64,000 nucleotides of DNA from an uncultured Acidobacteriaceae bacterium (GTDB lineage: Bacteria; Acidobacteriota; Terriglobia; Terriglobales; Acidobacteriaceae): assembly GCA_963847155.1 (NCBI GenBank), contig CAWJZH010000044.1, forward strand, positions 377,305 to 441,304. Direction: 5' to 3'. The notes below the pieces were generated by a model that was not told the origin of the DNA, made no database searches, and was given only the letters and a program-made list of their open reading frames with translations. A program made the translations under genes and the position numbers. Position 1 is the stretch's first letter, and each line of letters opens with the position of its first letter. This document shows positions 1 to 12,681 of this stretch, piece after piece.

Positions 1-210
1 ATCATCGCGCAGAACGGACTTCCCGTCGCTCCCGAGGAGCAAACCATTGAACCGTTGATGGCGGGGGATCGGGCTCCCGTGGTGACCGTGCCGCTCACCG
101 ACGGATTCGCCCGGACGGGCTACGAGCAACAGTATATGGAGACCCTGGAGCAGCAGCGGATGCGGGGCGAGAAACCAGGAGATCAGGCCGCTCTGGGAGC
201 GAGCCGCTGA
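1..210 (+). CDS. 3' end of an unidentified CDS (partial, runs off window start)
   Basis: Frame 1 is open from base 1 to TGA at 208-210 (...YMETLEQQRMRGEKPGDQAALGASR*). No start in the window and the product is not recognisable. It lies directly upstream of the SCO1-cox operon. Confidence 0.35.
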   Translation: MIAQNGLPVAPEEQTIEPLMAGDRAPVVTVPLTDGFARTGYEQQYMETLEQQRMRGEKPGDQAALGASR

Positions 211-284
211 GCTGCGGATTCGCCTGACGGCTCGGGCTCGCGAACAGCTTTAACTCGGCGGTACCATAAAGGTAGAGATTTTAG

Positions 285-1148
285 ATGCAGAGGAAGGGCA
301 CAATCCGGTTCTTATTGGCGGCGGCCATGCTTTTGGCCGCGGCCGTGCCGGTGCTCGCCCAGGTGGCGCCCTACGGGGAAAAAACCATGGGCGACCCTGC
401 CCAGGATCGTCTGCCCGATGTTCTGAACACCGTCAAGATCGATCAGCGGTTGGGCCAGCAGTTGCCCCTCGACGCCACTTTCCGTGATGAGACCGGCAAG
501 ACCGTGAAGCTCGGAAACTACTTCGGCAAGAAGCCAGTGATCCTTTCCCTGGTCTATTACCAATGCCAGATCCTGTGCATGGAGGATCTAAACGGCCTGG
601 TCGGCGCTCTGGAAATGGTGAAGCTGACGCCAGGCAAAGACTTTCAGGTCGTGATCGTAAGTATCGATCCAGCGGAAACGCCGGCCATGGCCGCCGCCAA
701 AAAAGCGTTCTACGTAAAACGCTACGGCCGCCCAGAAACGGAAGCGGGCTGGCACTTTCTAACCGGCGATCAACCAAACATCACGGCTCTGGCGAAAGCA
801 ACCGGATGGGGTTATGTACGCTTGCCGCAGCCTGATGGCAAGCCACCGATGTTTGCTCACGCCAGCTCGATCGAAGTGGTGACACCGGAAGGACGCATGG
901 CGCAGTACTACCTTGGCGTGGAATACGCGCCCAGGGATCTGCAGTTGGGATTGGTCGAAGCGTCCCACAACACCATCGGCACCCCGGTCGACAATATTTT
1001 GACCTACTGCTATCGCTATGATCCGAAGCTGAACCGGCACAGCCTGGTCATTGCCCGGGTGGTGCAGGCAGGGTGCCTGCTGACCTTTCTGGGCCTGGGC
1101 AGCTTCATGCTGGTGAGTTTCCGCCGGGATTTCAAGGGTAAAGGGTAA
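285..1148 (+). CDS. SCO1/SenC family copper chaperone (cytochrome oxidase CuA assembly)
   Basis: 287-aa ORF. Hydrophobic N-terminus (LLAAAMLLAAAVPVLA), thioredoxin-fold CxxxC copper motif 'YYQCQILC', downstream His ('FAHASSIEV'), C-terminal TM segment. Sits immediately 5' of coxB. Confidence 0.85.
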   Translation: MQRKGTIRFLLAAAMLLAAAVPVLAQVAPYGEKTMGDPAQDRLPDVLNTVKIDQRLGQQLPLDATFRDETGKTVKLGNYFGKKPVILSLVYYQCQILCMEDLNGLVGALEMVKLTPGKDFQVVIVSIDPAETPAMAAAKKAFYVKRYGRPETEAGWHFLTGDQPNITALAKATGWGYVRLPQPDGKPPMFAHASSIEVVTPEGRMAQYYLGVEYAPRDLQLGLVEASHNTIGTPVDNILTYCYRYDPKLNRHSLVIARVVQAGCLLTFLGLGSFMLVSFRRDFKGKG

Positions 1149-1150
1149 CG

Positions 1151-2295
1151 ATGCATATAAGTCCAGTGATGTGGCAGTTTCTCGTAAGGTGGCTGACGAA
1201 CTCTGCCCTCTTTCCGCCGGAAGCGTCGGCTATTTCGCCCTACATGGACGCGTTCTACTTCTTTCTGATCGCGATCTCTGCTGTGGGCATGATTGCGGTC
1301 ATCATCCTGGTTTTCGGCTTCTCCATCATGTACCGCCAGGAGAAGAACCCCGTCGCCACCCAGATCGAAGGCTCCACGTTGTTGGAGGCTACCTGGACCA
1401 TTATTCCTCTTGCCCTGTTCATGATCTGTTTCGTCTGGGGCGCTTTGCTCTACTTCCGTATCTACGACCCGCCCACTAACGCCATGAACATCTACATCGT
1501 GGGCAAACAGTGGATGTGGAAGGCCGAGCACCCGGGTGGCCAGCACGAGATCGATTCCCTGCACATTCCCATCAACCGGCAAGTGCAGTTGACCATGATC
1601 TCTATGGACGTATTCCACAGCTTCTCCATCCCTGCGTTTCGAGTGAAGCGCGAGGTGATCCCCGGCCGCTACTCCACCGTATGGTTTGAAGCCACCGCCA
1701 CGGGAACCTATCATTTGTTTTGTACGCAATACTGCGGCACCGACCACTCGGCCATGATTGGAGAAATCGTTGCCATGACCCCCGACGATTATCAGAGATG
1801 GGCTTCTGGCAGCACCAGCGGAGCATCGCTGGCCCAGAACGGGGAACGGCTTTTCGCCAGCCTGGGTTGCGCTTCCTGTCACTCGGGTGAAGCCAGCGCG
1901 CGCGGCCCGAACCTGGCGCAGGTCTACGGCTCTCGCTTGCAGCTGGCAGATGGCTCCTCTATCACCGCGAACGACGCGTTCCTCCGCGAGGCCATTCTCA
2001 ACCCATCGACGCGGGTGATCGCGGGCTATGCACCGATCATGCCTACCTATCAAGGGCAGGTCAGCGAAGAGGGTCTGATCGACCTGGTCGAATACATCAA
2101 GAACCTCAATTCAAACTATCGAGTGCAACAAACGTTGACTGCGAGTCAACTTCCTGTTGGGCAAGCCGGCGCGTCCAGTTCTGGCTCGAGCTCGCCCGCA
2201 ATGAATTACCGCCCCCAGGAGACGCTGGGAGCCGGCCATAGTGGACCCGCAAAGCCGGGCAGGACGGCACCTGTTGTGCCGGGAACGGTGAACCA

Positions 2296-2299
<4 letters not shown>
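1151..2299 (+). CDS. coxB: cytochrome c oxidase subunit II with fused C-terminal cytochrome c domain (caa3-type)
   Basis: 382 aa. Two N-terminal TM helices, CuA site '[11 protein letters not shown]...[13 protein letters not shown]', haem c motif 'CASCH', S/G/P-rich tail. The stop overlaps the coxA start (ATGA at 2296). Confidence 0.95.
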
Positions 2300-4694
<2,395 letters not shown>

Positions 4695-4707
4695 AAGGAG
4701 AGAACCC

Positions 4708-5016
4708 ATGTCCGCACCTACGGAACACGAACATCACATTGTCGGGCCCAAGACCTACTTAACCATCCTGCTCGCGTTGCTGGTGCTCACTGCCATCACG
4801 ACCGGCGCAGCCTTTATCAATATGGGCGTGTTCAGCCCAATTGTGGCGCTCGGGATCGCCTGCCTGAAAGCAGTGCTTGTCATCCTCTTTTTCATGCACA
4901 TTCGCTACAGCTCAAAAGTGATGATGCTCACCGTAGGCGCCGGCTTCTTCACCTTTCTGGTGTTGATCACCATGACCCTATCTGACTACATCAGCCGCAA
5001 CTGGGGCCTCTGGTAA
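4708..5016 (+). CDS. prokaryotic cytochrome c oxidase subunit IV (COX4_pro/CtaF-like)
   Basis: 102 aa, three TM helices, 'LKAVLVILFFMHIRY' motif. Strong RBS GAAGGAGAG 5-6 nt upstream. Last gene of the cox operon. Confidence 0.8.
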   Translation: MSAPTEHEHHIVGPKTYLTILLALLVLTAITTGAAFINMGVFSPIVALGIACLKAVLVILFFMHIRYSSKVMMLTVGAGFFTFLVLITMTLSDYISRNWGLW

Positions 5017-5133
5017 CCCCCAATCCGGCCAAACAAAACGGGACAGATAATTCGGCTAAGGAAGGGGACGGGTGCCCAGGTTCGTCCCGAATAAGATGGC
5101 AGCATTCATCCGATGTAGCCCTAAACACCCGCC

Positions 5134-6585
5134 ATGACCTCCAAACCAACAGACCACGACGAAGTCCCCGAAGCGCTGGGCAAAATCGCCGCCAACCCCA
5201 GAGTTCTGGTCCGGCGCGGCGGAGCTCCCGCGCCTGACGGAAAATGCGTTGTCTACTGGATGCAGAGAGCGGAAAGAGCGCTGGATAACCCCGCGCTCGA
5301 TGTCGCGGTAGAAGTCGCCAACGCCCTGGATCTGCCGGTATTGGTCTACTTCTCGGCCATCTCTAATTTTCCTCACGCCAACCTGCGCCACTATGTCTTC
5401 CTGAACCAGGGTTTCGCTGACATCGAAGAAGATCTGCAACAGCGGCAGATCGGTTTTATCGTCCGCCGTCCGCCCAACAATTCTTTGCAGGCGTTGCTCG
5501 CCGAAGTAAACGCGGCCATGGTTATCGGCGATGAAAATCCCTGCCGTGAGCCAGAGCGCTGGCGAAAGGTGTTGGCAGGTCGATTACGTATCCCTTATTG
5601 GACCGTCGACGCAGATGTGGTAGTGCCGTCGGGCCTGTTCCAAAAGCGCATGTATGCCCTCCATATCTTCCGGCCCAAGCTCTACGCGGAGCTGCCAAAG
5701 TTTCTCGTTCCGCAACCCAATTGGAAGCCCCGGCATGAATGGAAACCGCCGCGCTCACTGGAGTCATTTTCCGTGCGGGAAGATGTTACCCACGGATGGA
5801 AGTCGCTGGATCGTTCCGTTGGCCCCGTCGAGAGCTTCACCGGCGGCACGCATTCTGCGCTCAATCGCCTGCACGATTTTGTTCATAAGGATCTGGCTGC
5901 TTACGACCAGAACCGAAATCATCCCGAGGTGGATGGAACCAGCCGCCTCTCGCCCTATCTGCACTTCGGGCACATCAGCCCTATCACCATCGCCCTGGCT
6001 GTCGAGAAAGCGTTCAAGGATGGCAAAGTCCCCCAGGCAGCAAGGGATTCGTACATCAGCGAGTTGATCGGATGGAGGGAATTGGCGGTGAACTTCGTCA
6101 AGTTTACCGAGAACTATGATTCCTTCGACTGTGCCGAACCGTGGGCTCGCAAAACCCTGATGGAACACGCCCGCGATCGGCGGGAGCATCTCTACTCCAT
6201 TGAGCAATTGGAACGCTCCGAGACCAAAGACGAGCTTTGGAATGCGGCCCAAACGCAAATGGTCAAATTCGGGTGGATGCACAATTACATGCGCATGTAC
6301 TGGGCCAAAAAGATCCTCGAGTGGTCCCCCGATCCGGCGAAAGCGTTCGATACCTGCGTCACCCTGAACGATCGTTACTTTCTCGATGGCAGAGACCCCA
6401 ATGGCTACGCGGGAATTGCCTGGTCGATCGTGGGCAAGTTCGATCGTCCCTGGTTTGACCGCCCGATTTTCGGCACAATTCGCTATATGTCGGGCACTTC
6501 CACGGGCAAGAAGTTCAATTCTAAAAAGTACATACAGAAAATGTCGGAAGATTTTAGCCAGACCGGCTTCTGGGCCGAGGAATAG
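5134..6585 (+). CDS. phr: class II CPD photolyase (deoxyribodipyrimidine photo-lyase)
   Basis: 483 aa. 'VVYWMQRAERALDNPAL', 'FLNQGFADIEEDL' and 'WNAAQTQMVKFGWMHNYMRMYWAKKILEWS' match class II photolyase hallmarks. Confidence 0.88.
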   Translation: MTSKPTDHDEVPEALGKIAANPRVLVRRGGAPAPDGKCVVYWMQRAERALDNPALDVAVEVANALDLPVLVYFSAISNFPHANLRHYVFLNQGFADIEEDLQQRQIGFIVRRPPNNSLQALLAEVNAAMVIGDENPCREPERWRKVLAGRLRIPYWTVDADVVVPSGLFQKRMYALHIFRPKLYAELPKFLVPQPNWKPRHEWKPPRSLESFSVREDVTHGWKSLDRSVGPVESFTGGTHSALNRLHDFVHKDLAAYDQNRNHPEVDGTSRLSPYLHFGHISPITIALAVEKAFKDGKVPQAARDSYISELIGWRELAVNFVKFTENYDSFDCAEPWARKTLMEHARDRREHLYSIEQLERSETKDELWNAAQTQMVKFGWMHNYMRMYWAKKILEWSPDPAKAFDTCVTLNDRYFLDGRDPNGYAGIAWSIVGKFDRPWFDRPIFGTIRYMSGTSTGKKFNSKKYIQKMSEDFSQTGFWAEE

Positions 6586-6633
6586 TCCCCGACTTAGTTG
6601 GTGTGCTATTTTCAAGGTTGGCCCAGGTCGTCG

Positions 6634-7596
6634 ATGGCGAAATATCTTATTACTGGAATCGCGGGTTTTATTGGATCGTCCCTGGCGAGAGCCCTGGTAG
6701 AACGCGGGGAAGAAGTTCGGGGCGTTGATAACTATCTGACCGGCAAGACAGCGAACCTGACCGGCTACTACGACCAGATCGACTTTCGCGAAGTGGATCT
6801 GCGCGACCCTTCCGCGATCCGCACTGCGTGCGAAGGCATCGAGTATATCCTGCATATAGGGGCGCTTCCTTCTGTTCCTCTTTCGGTTGCGCATCCTGAA
6901 CCCAGCCACCGCTGCAATGTAGAGGGGACATTTAATGTCCTCGAAGGCGCGCGAGCAGAGGGCGTGAAGCGAATCGTGTACGCTGCGTCTTCTTCCGCAT
7001 ATGGGAATCAGCCAATTCTGCCCAGCAAAGAATCCATGCGCCCCATGCCGATTTCCCCCTACGCGGTACAAAAACTGGTCGGCGAGTACTACATGAGCAG
7101 TTACTGGCAGGTGTATGGACTGGAGACGGTGAGCTTGCGCTACTTCAACGTTTTTGGGCCGCGCCAGGGAGCCGATTCGCCGTACAGCGGCGTCCTCGCC
7201 AAATTCATCCAGCAAATGCTGGAAGGAACCCGCCCAACCATCTTCGGCACCGGTGACCAGGGACGGGATTTCACCTACATCGACAACATCATTTCCGCGA
7301 ACCTGCTGGCCTGCGCCGCGCCGGCGGAGAAGGTGGCTGGTAAGGTCTTCAATACCGCTTGTGGCGGCCAATACACGCTGAAACAGATCTACCAGCTATT
7401 GGCCAAATTGACCGGGTTTGAGCGGCCGCCGCTCTACGCGAAGTCGCGGACGGGTGACATCCTGCATTCGCAAGCCGATATTTCCGCGGCCGCGGAGGCC
7501 TTTGGTTATCGCCCACTCGTTGGCGTGGAAGAGGGTTTGCAGCGGACAGTGGAGTGGTATCGCGAGACGCTGAAGATGCCGGTTGCCTCACGATAA
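6634..7596 (+). CDS. NAD-dependent nucleotide-sugar 4-epimerase (WbpP/TviC-like SDR)
   Basis: Rossmann motif 'ITGIAGFIGSSLA', catalytic 'SPYAVQK'. ATG at 6634 is preferred over the track start 6598. Followed by a nucleotide-sugar dehydrogenase. Confidence 0.85.
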   Translation: MAKYLITGIAGFIGSSLARALVERGEEVRGVDNYLTGKTANLTGYYDQIDFREVDLRDPSAIRTACEGIEYILHIGALPSVPLSVAHPEPSHRCNVEGTFNVLEGARAEGVKRIVYAASSSAYGNQPILPSKESMRPMPISPYAVQKLVGEYYMSSYWQVYGLETVSLRYFNVFGPRQGADSPYSGVLAKFIQQMLEGTRPTIFGTGDQGRDFTYIDNIISANLLACAAPAEKVAGKVFNTACGGQYTLKQIYQLLAKLTGFERPPLYAKSRTGDILHSQADISAAAEAFGYRPLVGVEEGLQRTVEWYRETLKMPVASR

Positions 7597-7610
7597 GTGA
7601 GCCGCGTTCC

Positions 7611-8963
7611 ATGGAGAAGGGTTTGGTCGATCAGCAACATTTGCCACAATGGTTGTCACTAGTAGAGAAGCGGGAACTGCGGGTAGGGATTATCGGTCTT
7701 GGCTACGTAGGTCTTCCGCTGGTTTTGCTCTTCAGCCAGGAAGGCTTTCGTGTAACCGGTTTTGACATCGACGCGGCCAAGGTAGACCGGCTGAACGCTG
7801 GCGAATCCTACATCCACCGTATCGACCCCGAACAAATCAAGAGCGCCCAGGGCAACGGTTTTCGCGCCACCGCCAACTTCTCAGAAATTGCAGAGTGTCG
7901 ACGCCATTTTGATTTGCGTGCCGACGCCGCTTAGCGACCACCATACGCCGGATATGAGTTACATCGCAGCGACGATGGACTCGATTGTCGGCCATCTCCG
8001 CCCCGGCCAACTGGTGGTCCTCGAAAGCACCACCTATCCCGGCACAACGGAGGAATTGATTGCACCGGCGATTGAACGTGCGGGCCGGGTTAAGGTCATA
8101 CGCGATACCATGCTGCCAGACGGAGTTCTGGTTGCCTATTCGCCCGAACGGGAAGATCCCGGCAACACCAGCATTGACCGCCGCGACATCCCCAAGGTGG
8201 TCGGAGGGATGGGGCAGTTAGCGGCGGAGGCCGCGGCAGCGCTGTACAACGTGGCCTTCCACCGCGTGATCCGTGTATCCAGCCCGGCAGCGGCGGAAAT
8301 GACCAAGCTGCTGGAGAACATCTACCGCTGCGTGAATATCGCGCTTGGTGAACGAACTGAAGCTGCTTTGCCTGCGCATGGGCATCGACATCTGGGAGGT
8401 GATCGGCGCGGCTGCCACCAAGCCCTTCGGCTTCCAGCCTTTTTATCCCGGCCCGGGACTGGGTGGGCACTGCATCCCGATCGATCCCTTTTATCTGAGC
8501 TGGAAGGCAAAGGAATTCGACTTCAGCACCCGCTTCATCGAGCTGGCGGGCGAAGTGAATGAAGCCATGCCCTATCACGTGGTGGCGGCGCGTATCCTCC
8601 GCGCTCAACCAGCGCAGCAAGCCGCTCAAGGCATCGCGGATTCTGGTGCTCGGGCTGGCTTATAAGCGAGATGTAGACGATCTGCGCGAATCCCCTTCAT
8701 TGTCGATCATTGAGATGCTGCAGCAGGAGGGGGCTGCGGTCAGTTACAACGATCCATTCTTTCCCACGGTAGGACGAGGCCGAAAATACAACCTGAATAT
8801 GAAGTCGCAGCCGCTGGATGACCTTGGCAGTTACGATTGCGTTTTGATTGTCACCGATCATACTTCCTACGATTACGCTCGCATCGTGGAGGAGTCGCAG
8901 CTGGTGGTGGATTCGCGGAACGCTACGCGCGGTCTGATTTCAGAAAAAGTTGTACGCTGCTGA
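7611..8963 (+). pseudogene. UDP-N-acetyl-hexosamine/nucleotide-sugar 6-dehydrogenase (TviB/WbpO/WecC family), three apparent frameshifts
   Basis: Four overlapping track ORFs (7554.., 7888.., 8345.., 8559..) concatenate to one dehydrogenase: 'VGIIGLGYVGLPL', 'ILICVPTPL', '[14 protein letters not shown]', '[19 protein letters not shown]'. Frame changes near 7890, 8345 and 8595. Confidence 0.85.
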
Positions 8964-8995
8964 ACCGGATCTACCGCCCCGATTTTCCGTTCCCG

Positions 8996-10170
8996 CTAGT
9001 GCTGGCCGAAGAAAAAGGAGCCGTCGCCAGTGGAGGGGGTTCCTGGCGCCCCGTTGTTGCAGTAGGAATTTTTTTGGTAGATCGCATTCTTTGAAATCCA
9101 GGTTCGGGTTGCTCCGACCATGTTGACAAAACAGTTTTTCGGACCAATCGAAGCGACCAATTCGCTGTTGCCTTCGATCATCGCGCTGTCGGCATCCTCA
9201 ATCTCGATGTTGTAGGGTGTCCCGTTTGAGGTCGTGAAGTAGTTGTCGCGCACCACCGGTCCATAGGCCCGGTATCCGCTTCCGCCATTGGGCATGCCAA
9301 GCACCACCTCGCGCGGCGATCCTTCGAAATAATTTGCTTCGATGACGGTACCCCGGGATCGAGTCAGATAGATAGCGCCACCGTTCAGTTCAAAATCGTT
9401 TCCCATGTAAAGATTGTTAAGCGCTTCAGAAAGGCCATGGCCGATGATCGGTGTGTCCTCGAAAATTGCCCATTGAGAATTGCCGGTGATCTGGTTGTAA
9501 GTGACGTGTATCGCGTTGGCCGCGTAGGGAGATCCATTCACCGACGCGCCACACTGAAGAGGCTGCCCTGCCGCATAACTGTGGGAATCAGGCGTATACC
9601 GTTCTTATTGCTGGATATCAGATTGTCATAAATGTTCGAGCTGTTCGTACCCTCGACCAGGATTCCGTCGCCCGCGGTAAATCCGGTGATGACCATATTG
9701 CGAATGGTGATACGGTTGGTTGGCATGGTGTGGATTCCGGCGGCAGCATGTGGATTCCCTCGAAGCTGAAAACCTTCGATCAGCAGCTGAGAGGACCCCT
9801 GCAGGTTGTTCACCGGCGTCTTGATAGCGTCACCCGATCCGTGTATAGTAATCACCGCTCCGGGATCGCCACTCAGCTTGTATTTGCCAAACGGGTTCAG
9901 CTCCAGGTGGATCGTGGTTGCAAAGGAGTAGTTTCCTGCCGGTATGTAAACCGTGCACTGCAAGGCGCAGGTTTTCAAAGCGTGGTTGACGCGGTCACCG
10001 ATATCGATGCCGGCGACGCTGGTTGCCATCACTGGTGTCCTTGGCGGAGACCCTGATTGCGGATACGACACCGCCTGATTCAGGCCGGCGGCCAGAACGA
10101 ATGCGATGAACTTGATACCAGCGTTCCCTCTCACGGGGCCTCCAGAACCGTCGGTGGTCCACCATACCAC
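8996..10170 (-). pseudogene. secreted right-handed parallel beta-helix repeat protein (pectate-lyase-fold; glycan lyase/hydrolase/epimerase-like), one frameshift near 9600
   Basis: Track ORFs 9538..10170 and 8996..9541 join as '...SSNKNGIRLIP|HSYAAGQPLQCGASVNGSPYAAN...'. Repeated 'I.I.N..I.G....GI' beta-helix rungs, hydrophobic N-terminus. Confidence 0.6.
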
Positions 10171-10185
10171 TTTAAGGAAGTCCGG

Positions 10186-12563
10186 TTACTGCACCACCAG
10201 CGTGTAGGAGGATTGGCTCTGCACCTTTCCTGACGTGGCTGTCACGGTAAAGCTATACGTGCCGGTAGATGTTTGTGCCGCCGGAGCCGGACCGCTGCCA
10301 TTGCTGCAACCGCTCATCCCGAACGTGGCGAAGGCGAGACAGAGCAGCACGGCCCAGATCGACCGCCCTTCCGCCACATCGGCCATAACAGAAAGATGCC
10401 GGCGAATGCTAGATCGTAAGCACCGAATGTCGGCCTCCGTTGGCTGGCCATTGACTCGAGGCTGTATTGATTGAGAGCAGTGTGGGGACGGCTGCCGTGC
10501 CAGACACATTGATCGTTGCCGGGCTGAAACTGCAGCTTGCGTTTGCCGGCAGCCCCGAACAGGAGAACGAGACCGCCCCCGAAAATCCAGCTGAGCCCGT
10601 AATGTTGATGGGTGCGCTGACTGTCTGACCCGCTTTGACTGTCAATGTCGTGTTTCCACTTCCGTCCGGGGCCAGGGTGAATGCAGCGTTGACCACTTGG
10701 CTGAGCGATGTGGACGAGGCCTGCGTGTTGGTATCCCCTGAATAGGAGACAGTGATGGTCTGCGTGCCGACGGTGTTGAAGGACGTGGTGAAGTTCGCAG
10801 ATCCGCCACTCAGAGCGACCGTACCGAGAGTTGCGGATCCCGAAGTAAAGGTCGCATTGCCGGTAGGCGTAGGCCAGCGCTGGTTACGTTGGCGGTCAAT
10901 ATCAAACTCTGTCCGGCAAAGCTTGGATTAGCGGAGGACACGATCGCCATTGCGGATGCCGCTTGGTTCACGGTTACCGCAACTGCCGCAGAGGTGTCTG
11001 CGGAGTAATTTGCGTCGCCGGAATAGCGAGCACTAATCGTGTGTCCGCCTACGGCCAACGTTGACGCACTGAAAAAGGCGGAGCTACTGGTTTGCGGCGT
11101 AAAGATGGACGTTGCCGGGGGAGTCACGGTCGGCAGCAAGAAGACAAGAGAAGGCTCTAAGCTACCGGGCAGCGTTACCTGTTGCAGTGGAAACGCATAA
11201 TACTGGGATGCGTACGACGACGACTGCAATGGAAAAAGCGGTGATGACAAAACAAAAGTACCATCCCCATTGCCCAGCGCGACCTGTCCGTTGCTGAAGA
11301 TCAGATCCTGCTTGCCATCCAGGTTCAGATCTTCGACGACCGCAGACGGGGTTTCATAGGATGGAAGGCCTACTCCATCTTGAGGAGTATGCAGAGCCAG
11401 GTAAAGGGGCGGTTGAAAGGTCCCATTGCCGTTTCCCAGGAGAACCATAGCGTTCAAGTCGGCGGCCGTGGAATCTAACGTCAGGATCAGATCCGGTTTA
11501 CCGTCTCCGTTAACATCTCCATAACCTGTACCGTAGGTGGAAGGGCCACCACCATAGTCAGACGGGTTTGGAACACTCACTCGTGTATACCCGCCGAAGG
11601 TGCCGTCTCCGTTATTCAGCAGTGCATCGACGCTTGTTGGGGGTTGAATTCCTGCGTGGCGCCAAATGTCAGAGTTTGCGTGACCAGGTCCGGTTTGCCG
11701 TCTCCGTTCAGGTCTACGACTATCGGAGGATGAAATTCCAAGCCAGGCCCATAAGCGGTTGGGCAGCCGCGAAGGTTCCTGCAAGTAAGAAGGATCCTCC
11801 ACCCTGGTTGAGGAAACCATAACGGCAAATTGAAATTGACCGACAGGTGGGCTGCCCGGAATAACGGGCACGGCAAAGATATCGGTCTTGCCATCTCCGT
11901 TTAGATCGGCGGCGTAAGAAGTCACAAATCCGCTGGAGAGAAACGAAACCGGAACCGCCTGTGCGAACGTTCCGTCTCCATTTCCATAGGCGACCCGAAG
12001 CCCACAAAGGAGGTCGACCTTTCCATCGCCATTCAAATCTATGAGCTGCGGTCGTTAACTACGTGGGGGTACGCAGCGCTCGAAGGGAAATTGAATGTTT
12101 GCACGGCGCTCGTTATGTAGCCACCGTGACCGTTGCTGGTAAACGTCTGTACGGAAAAAGAGGACGAGCTATTGTAGATAATCAGATCCGGGATCCCGTC
12201 GCCGTTCAGATCTCCTGTAACTTCGCCGCCGGACAACGTTGGGTCAGGCGTTCCAAATGTTTCGGGAAACGTCGCGCTGGCATAACTGTTGGGTGTTAGT
12301 CCAACGGGAGAACTGCTCAAAGTGGTGCTTCCATCGAGAAATGTGACGGTGCCTGACGGTTGGGCGATGGTTTTTCCTGAGCTTGATGCCTTGTCGGGCT
12401 GCACCGTCGCGGTGAGACCGACACCGGAACCCACCGTGATTGTGACCGGATTCGCGGTCATCACCGTCGTGACGGTACTTTGTCCGGCTGCAGGGTTAGG
12501 TAACACACTTAATGTCAACAGCAAGGCAGAGAAAAGAATCACGTGGCGCATAAAACCTCGCAT
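10186..12563 (-). pseudogene. FG-GAP/VCBS + Ig-like (Big_3_5-type) surface protein, decayed tandem paralogue of 12682..15039 (at least 6 frame changes)
   Basis: Fragments 12039..12563, 10810..12036, 11616..11894, 11720..12007, 10409..10696 and 10186..10509 align colinearly with the intact 785-aa neighbour. Shared elements: signal peptide, 'DLNGDGKxD' blades, 'ARYSGDANYSADTS' Ig domains, the same C-terminal hairpin. Confidence 0.8.
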
Positions 12564-12681
12564 TACCTACCAGGTCAGCCTTTCACCTAGGCATTGTTGT
12601 GGGTCTTGGGGGAAGTCGTGGCTACTATACAGAATACCTGGTCGTTCTTCAATCCGATGGTGACCATCACAGTTACGTTAG

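Noticed and set aside
1016-2053. 345-aa minus-strand ORF antisense to coxB
   Set aside because: Shadow ORF opposite a gene with unambiguous CuA and haem-c motifs. Low-complexity R/G-rich translation.
5060-5092. Hairpin gggacg-N12-cgtccc after the cox operon as a terminator
   Set aside because: It has a 6-bp stem with a 12-nt loop and no following U-tract. That is too weak to call from sequence alone.
5764-7371. 535-aa minus-strand ORF spanning the photolyase 3' end and the epimerase gene
   Set aside because: It lies antisense to two well-supported genes. Its product is R/G/A-rich with no motifs, as expected of shadow ORFs in GC-rich DNA.
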